Positions 58,219-64,000 of a stretch of DNA of 64,000 nt are shown in pieces; the first letter of the stretch is position 1, and each line of letters starts with the position of its first letter. Origin of the DNA: the human T2T-CHM13v2.0 reference genome, Homo sapiens; the NCBI RefSeq assembly GCF_009914755.1, contig NC_060927.1. One strand, given 5' to 3'. A program made the position numbers and the translations under genes. The notes beneath the pieces are model-generated. The model worked only from the letters and a program-made list of their open reading frames with translations. It ran no database searches and was not told the origin of the DNA.

Positions 58219-58868
58219 TGTGATGATTAACTTTAGATGTCCACTTGGACTATGTCATGCAGTGCCCAGATATTAACATTATCCTGGATGGTTCCGTGAG
58301 GGCATTTTTTGCATGAGATTCATATGTGACCTGAGTAGACTGAGTAAAGCAGATGGCGCTCTCAGATGTGAGAGGCTCTCATTTAATCAATTGAAGGCCT
58401 GAATAGAACGAAAAGGCTTCTCAGAGTAGGACAGAATTCCTCCTGTCTGATAGCCTTTCAGAAATGGACATTAGTTTTTTGTGAAATTGGACTCAAACTG
58501 AAACATTGGTTCTTCCCGGGCCCAGAGGCTTCTGGCCTTCAGACTGAAAGAAAACCATTGGTTCTTCTGATTCTCAGGCCTTTGACATACACTGAAATTA
58601 AACAATCGGTTCTCTTGGTCTCCAGCTTGCTGGCCCACCCTTCAAATCTTCAGATTTGCAAAACTCTAATCATGAGACCATTCCTTATAATAAATCTCTC
58701 TGTCTCTCTCTCTCTAAATATATATAAATATAAATGTATATATACGTATGTATAAAATCAATAGGATCTCACCCTGTTTCATTTGTCCAGAGAGGGTGAG
58801 ATCCTATTGATTTTTTTGTTTGATCCTAATGATTGGTTTTGCTTTTGTGGGAAACCCTGACTAATACA
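58219..58868 (+). mobile_element. MLT2-family (ERVL) solo LTR
   Basis: TGTGATGATTAAC...accctgactaataCA; perfect TSD gaagc. Confidence 0.88.
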
Positions 58869-59477
58869 GAAGCTTTTAAACAACAACAGCAATAAAAGAA
58901 AAAATTAGATGACCGAATAGATCTTCTATCTCATATGAATTTTCTATAAAAATTAAATTATATCAATTTATGTATTTAGTGAATAATTTAATTATAAAAT
59001 AATATTTAAATATGTGAAAGGATATGGCTTGTATGAGACTTGACCATTAATTAATTCATTCATCTATTCAATATTTATTGTTTCTTATGTACCAGGGATT
59101 ATTCTAAGCAAAGGGAACAAAATATACAAAATATTTTTATTCACTGAGCTTTATATTCCAGTGGAAGAGACTGAATAACAAGTTAAATGTCGTATAGCTC
59201 TGAAAGCCATTTTCAAATCTGATTTCAGATTTATTTTTCATCCTTTTCTGCCTGGTTCTGTATTTCAAGTAATTACACCTTCCAGGTTTCCTTAACCTCA
59301 TATTTCCAGGTACGTTTTTCAAATAGGAGGCACTTATGAAAGACTGGAGGGTGTAAAGAGAGGAGAAACTAGGGCATTTCATCCCTCCTTCTACTTTTTG
59401 TACTGCCCCTTCTTCTGTAGCAGCAGCTGTGTCTCCTGCCTCCTCCAACTCTGCAGCTCCTGCTTGGCAGCCCCTCA

Positions 59478-60672
<1,195 letters not shown>

Positions 60673-60836
60673 TCACTATCTGCACTGTGACATTATACTT
60701 ACTGGTGTAATAGTATTAAATAATGCTAACTTGTACACATTTCAAAAACATAAGAAACATGTAGGCAATCTACAATTCAGATACATTAAAGGCTGACAAG
60801 CCAGAGAAGCCACACTAGCAGAGAAAATGCTAAGTA

Positions 60837-60900
60837 TTAGGTAGGTACAAAAGTAATTGCAGTCTTTGCCATTAAAAGTACCGGCAAAAACCATAATTAC
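60837..60900. mobile_element. MADE1 (Hsmar1-derived MITE), right end truncated
   Basis: TA|TTAGGTAGGTACAAAAGTAATTGCAG...GGCAAAAACCATAATTAC. Confidence 0.85.
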
Positions 60901-61599
60901 GTGGACATGTCTCTATCCGTTCTGTCATTCTAATGGAAAATGATGATCATATAATAATCCTTTTCACTTTTCCATTTAATTTTAAGAAGAACCATATATA
61001 TAAAGTAGTATTTTGAATGAGAGTATCACAATCCTAAGTTACTTTTGTGTAAGAGTTATTTTTTTCCAAAATGTTATAAATAAAAAAGATTCTAAGCGTT
61101 TGAAGCTCACAGGGAATACACCAATAAGTTGGATCCAGTAGCATCACACGCACCTATTTTATAATGCATTACTTTCTAGAAATCACACCTTAGGCTACAC
61201 TGTCACAAAGTGGAATGCTCTACATAAGTAATGTATCTGTTTGAAGATATTTGATACTAATGACAAAATTATCAAATAAATATGTAAGTCAACTTTGATT
61301 TAGTTGACCAATGAAAAATATTGGTTTCTTTGTTATGGATGCATGCATCTTATCTGAAAGAATGGCTACTTTTTTAAGAGAAATTCTTTCACACTGGAGA
61401 AGCTAGAACTTCTGAATTCTATGTCATTTCTCCAACCAAAGTAGTTGTCATTAGAGTTTAGAATTTTTCTAAGTATTCCAAAAGGATGAAGTTTAGCATA
61501 TGTTTCGATATTTCTATTGTAAATGCAATATAATAGTTACTTATCACAGAACAGTTAAAAATAACATTAATAGCATCAAATGCACATAGAGTACTAATG

Positions 61600-61816
61600 T
61601 TACAGGCAATATTATATATACTTTAAACATAATAAATCATTTACTTCTTAAAACTATAATAGATAGGTGTGATTATTAACTTCCTTTTATAAACAAGGAA
61701 ACTGAAACAGAGTAGTTACAAATATTTGTCATTATTCACACAGCTGGCAAAAGGGATTTGAAATGAGGAATATGCATTACAAAGTTCTCACCCTCCATCG
61801 CTGAAGTATACTGCCC
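61600..61816 (-). mobile_element. MIR SINE
   Basis: ttttataaacaaggaaactgaaacagag...cacacagctggc...gggatttgaa. Confidence 0.6.
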
Positions 61817-64000
61817 CAAGTGCATATAGAAATTAGCTTACTGATTTGGTTCAAAGCTGGGGTATTTGCAAGAGTAGGTAGGATAAAAGATCTGATTTTG
61901 TAGAACCACTGGAGTTGAACCACTTAAGGTAGCTCTCTGGTAAGTTTAACCCTGTAAACAGGGTTAACACAGAGGAAAAAATACAGATGGAGAGAAGGAG
62001 AGCTTCAGATAAAAGGGACAAAGTGAGATTAGGTGAGTATCATTCAGTACCTTGGAAAAGTCCCTGGGGATGTACAACTTAACTTTTGTCAATCTACGGA
62101 AGCCTTTCAGTTTTACATGCTAGGGGGTGTAAAATTAATTTTCCTTCTTGTGTCTTCAATGCCGATCTTTTTTTTTTTAAGTCATTTTGAAAAATCTCAA
62201 ACTAAAGGGTAAGTTGTAAGTATGTGACAAAGAGTTCTCTGCCTCCAAAAAATTTGAAAGTAACTATCAGATGGTGCCTAATTTTGGTTTGTCGCTTTAT
62301 GGATAATGTTCACTTCCATCACTTGGTTAAGCTGTTGCCTTCCGTGCTTCTCAACTGTCAAGTTTCTTTTTTTACCCTTTGTAATTACTATGATCTTTTG
62401 GGGGGGTAATTTGAAATTATGTCAATAATTACAAATGTACATGGGTGTATGTACAAACACGTCTCTATTATTCTTTCACTTTCTTGCTTCTGGAACATTA
62501 AGATGTGTTAGATTAATCTTTGCCATTCCCTGCCCTAGCCCTAAAATCAGGCTTTTCTTCAAAAAGTCATAGCTCCACTAATGCATGCATAAACATGTGT
62601 ATGTGTTCGTGTTGTGCTCTGTGTTTAAATGTATGTACACATAGAAAGAGAACAAACCTCCCATATGTAACACATCTCCCATCACTTCTACCACTCCCCT
62701 CATCCCTTCAGAAGCCTTCCTTACCCTACTGGTTCTCTGACTCCTCACATCGGGTCACAGTGCAATGCAGAAGTCCTTCTCATTCTGCCAGGACACCAAT
62801 GCTTTGTGTCTGGATGCCCTAGGACCGATTGTTTTTAAAAACTAAAACATATTATCAGTTCTTTCAAAAAGTCTTCACACTGGAAATTAGGTTGAAAAAG
62901 CACTTCGCTCCTGACTTGAGAGTCCAAAATGTTGTACGCAACCTCAGAGGGCATTTTAGACTTATCTAGATGTCATTATGCATCTGCTTGTTAGTGTTTT
63001 TCGATTCCTAGAAGAACCAATCTTTCTCTTCTAGGATTGTGATCTTTTCACCTTTTGTGATTCAACTTTGCCAAGCTGAGAGAACATGTGCCTTCTTTTA
63101 TTGGCTACAGATGGGTGACTTTGTAAGGAAGTTTCAGGAAGGAGCTGCAAACTTCCATTCGCCAGATACAAAAATTCTTATGAATACAATTCTTTATTGT
63201 TTCTTTAAAACTACAGAGTCCTCTTCATTTCTCTCATTAAATGGATTCATACAGGCTATGAGGATTTTTATAGCCAAAATGTCAGGAAGGAAAATGAAAG
63301 CATATGAAGTGCATCTTCATCATTAAGGTATTTAATGTTTAAATGTAATTTTAAAAACTTACTCAAAGGATGAAAAAGAAAAGTGAAGCATCTTTGAAGT
63401 GGAAGTAAGGAAATTATTTTTCTTCATGTTCTAGGCTCCAGTAATTTCTTAGAACTTTGAGAAGTCAATGTGTTTTTTTTTTAAATAAAATTAGATTTTA
63501 TTTTTTCAAAATATTGAGTTCATCATAAGAGTTAGCAACCCACGTACAATGCGGTTGTGAGAGAGGAGAGTAAAAATCATTATTAAAGCTGTAAATTAAG
63601 ACAGGCTATTCACTGAAAGGCTGTGTGCGAGATCAGTCTGTGAAAATCCGACATCTCTTTAAGAGACATGACCGAGGTCATATTTTACCTTGGCATTTCC
63701 AAGATCTAGTTTGACTGAAGCATAATTGTCATTTGGCTGATGTGTGTTAAACAAATTACCATAATAGGATATTATCACCAATGGGGATCTCTTTTACATT
63801 GCGGGATGAGGCAGATTCATCAATGCATGTACCATAGTGAATATGGGAATGAGGTGTCTCAGTCATGGAACTCAGTGATGGTCCACAATGACTGTGGACC
63901 TTGCTTTAGCAGCACTAGATAATGTTAACTAAGGTCTCTACAATGTGATGGGCGTCTAAACTCTAGAAGTAGTTCAACTTATGAACTACTTAGCACATAT

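Noticed and set aside
61946-61967. 10-bp palindrome TTAACCCTGT-aa-ACAGGGTTAA
   Set aside because: Short enough to arise by chance or simple template switching; no supporting context.

Overview
This is primate (probably human or great-ape) nuclear DNA, AT-rich and dense in repeats (Alu, L1PA, THE1, HERV-E). I recognise no host protein-coding exon. The main landmarks are: (1) a CpG island at about 28.4-30.2 kb with a candidate minus-strand first exon and donor of a gene I cannot identify; (2) an ~810 bp alternating purine-pyrimidine tract at about 33.05-33.86 kb; (3) a near full-length but defective HERV-E provirus with LTR2-family LTRs (34837-42955), an 18-bp duplication of its tRNA-Glu primer-binding site and a 316-codon truncated env ORF; (4) two complete THE1 elements in opposite orientations; (5) a 5'-truncated L1PA with an open RT domain. 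Several unexplained local duplications and one perfect hairpin suggest templated-repair events. Repeat subfamily names and most boundaries come from recall of consensus sequences and are approximate. I did not find convincing evidence of a wholly new biological system; the best leads are the HERV-E features and the templated duplications.
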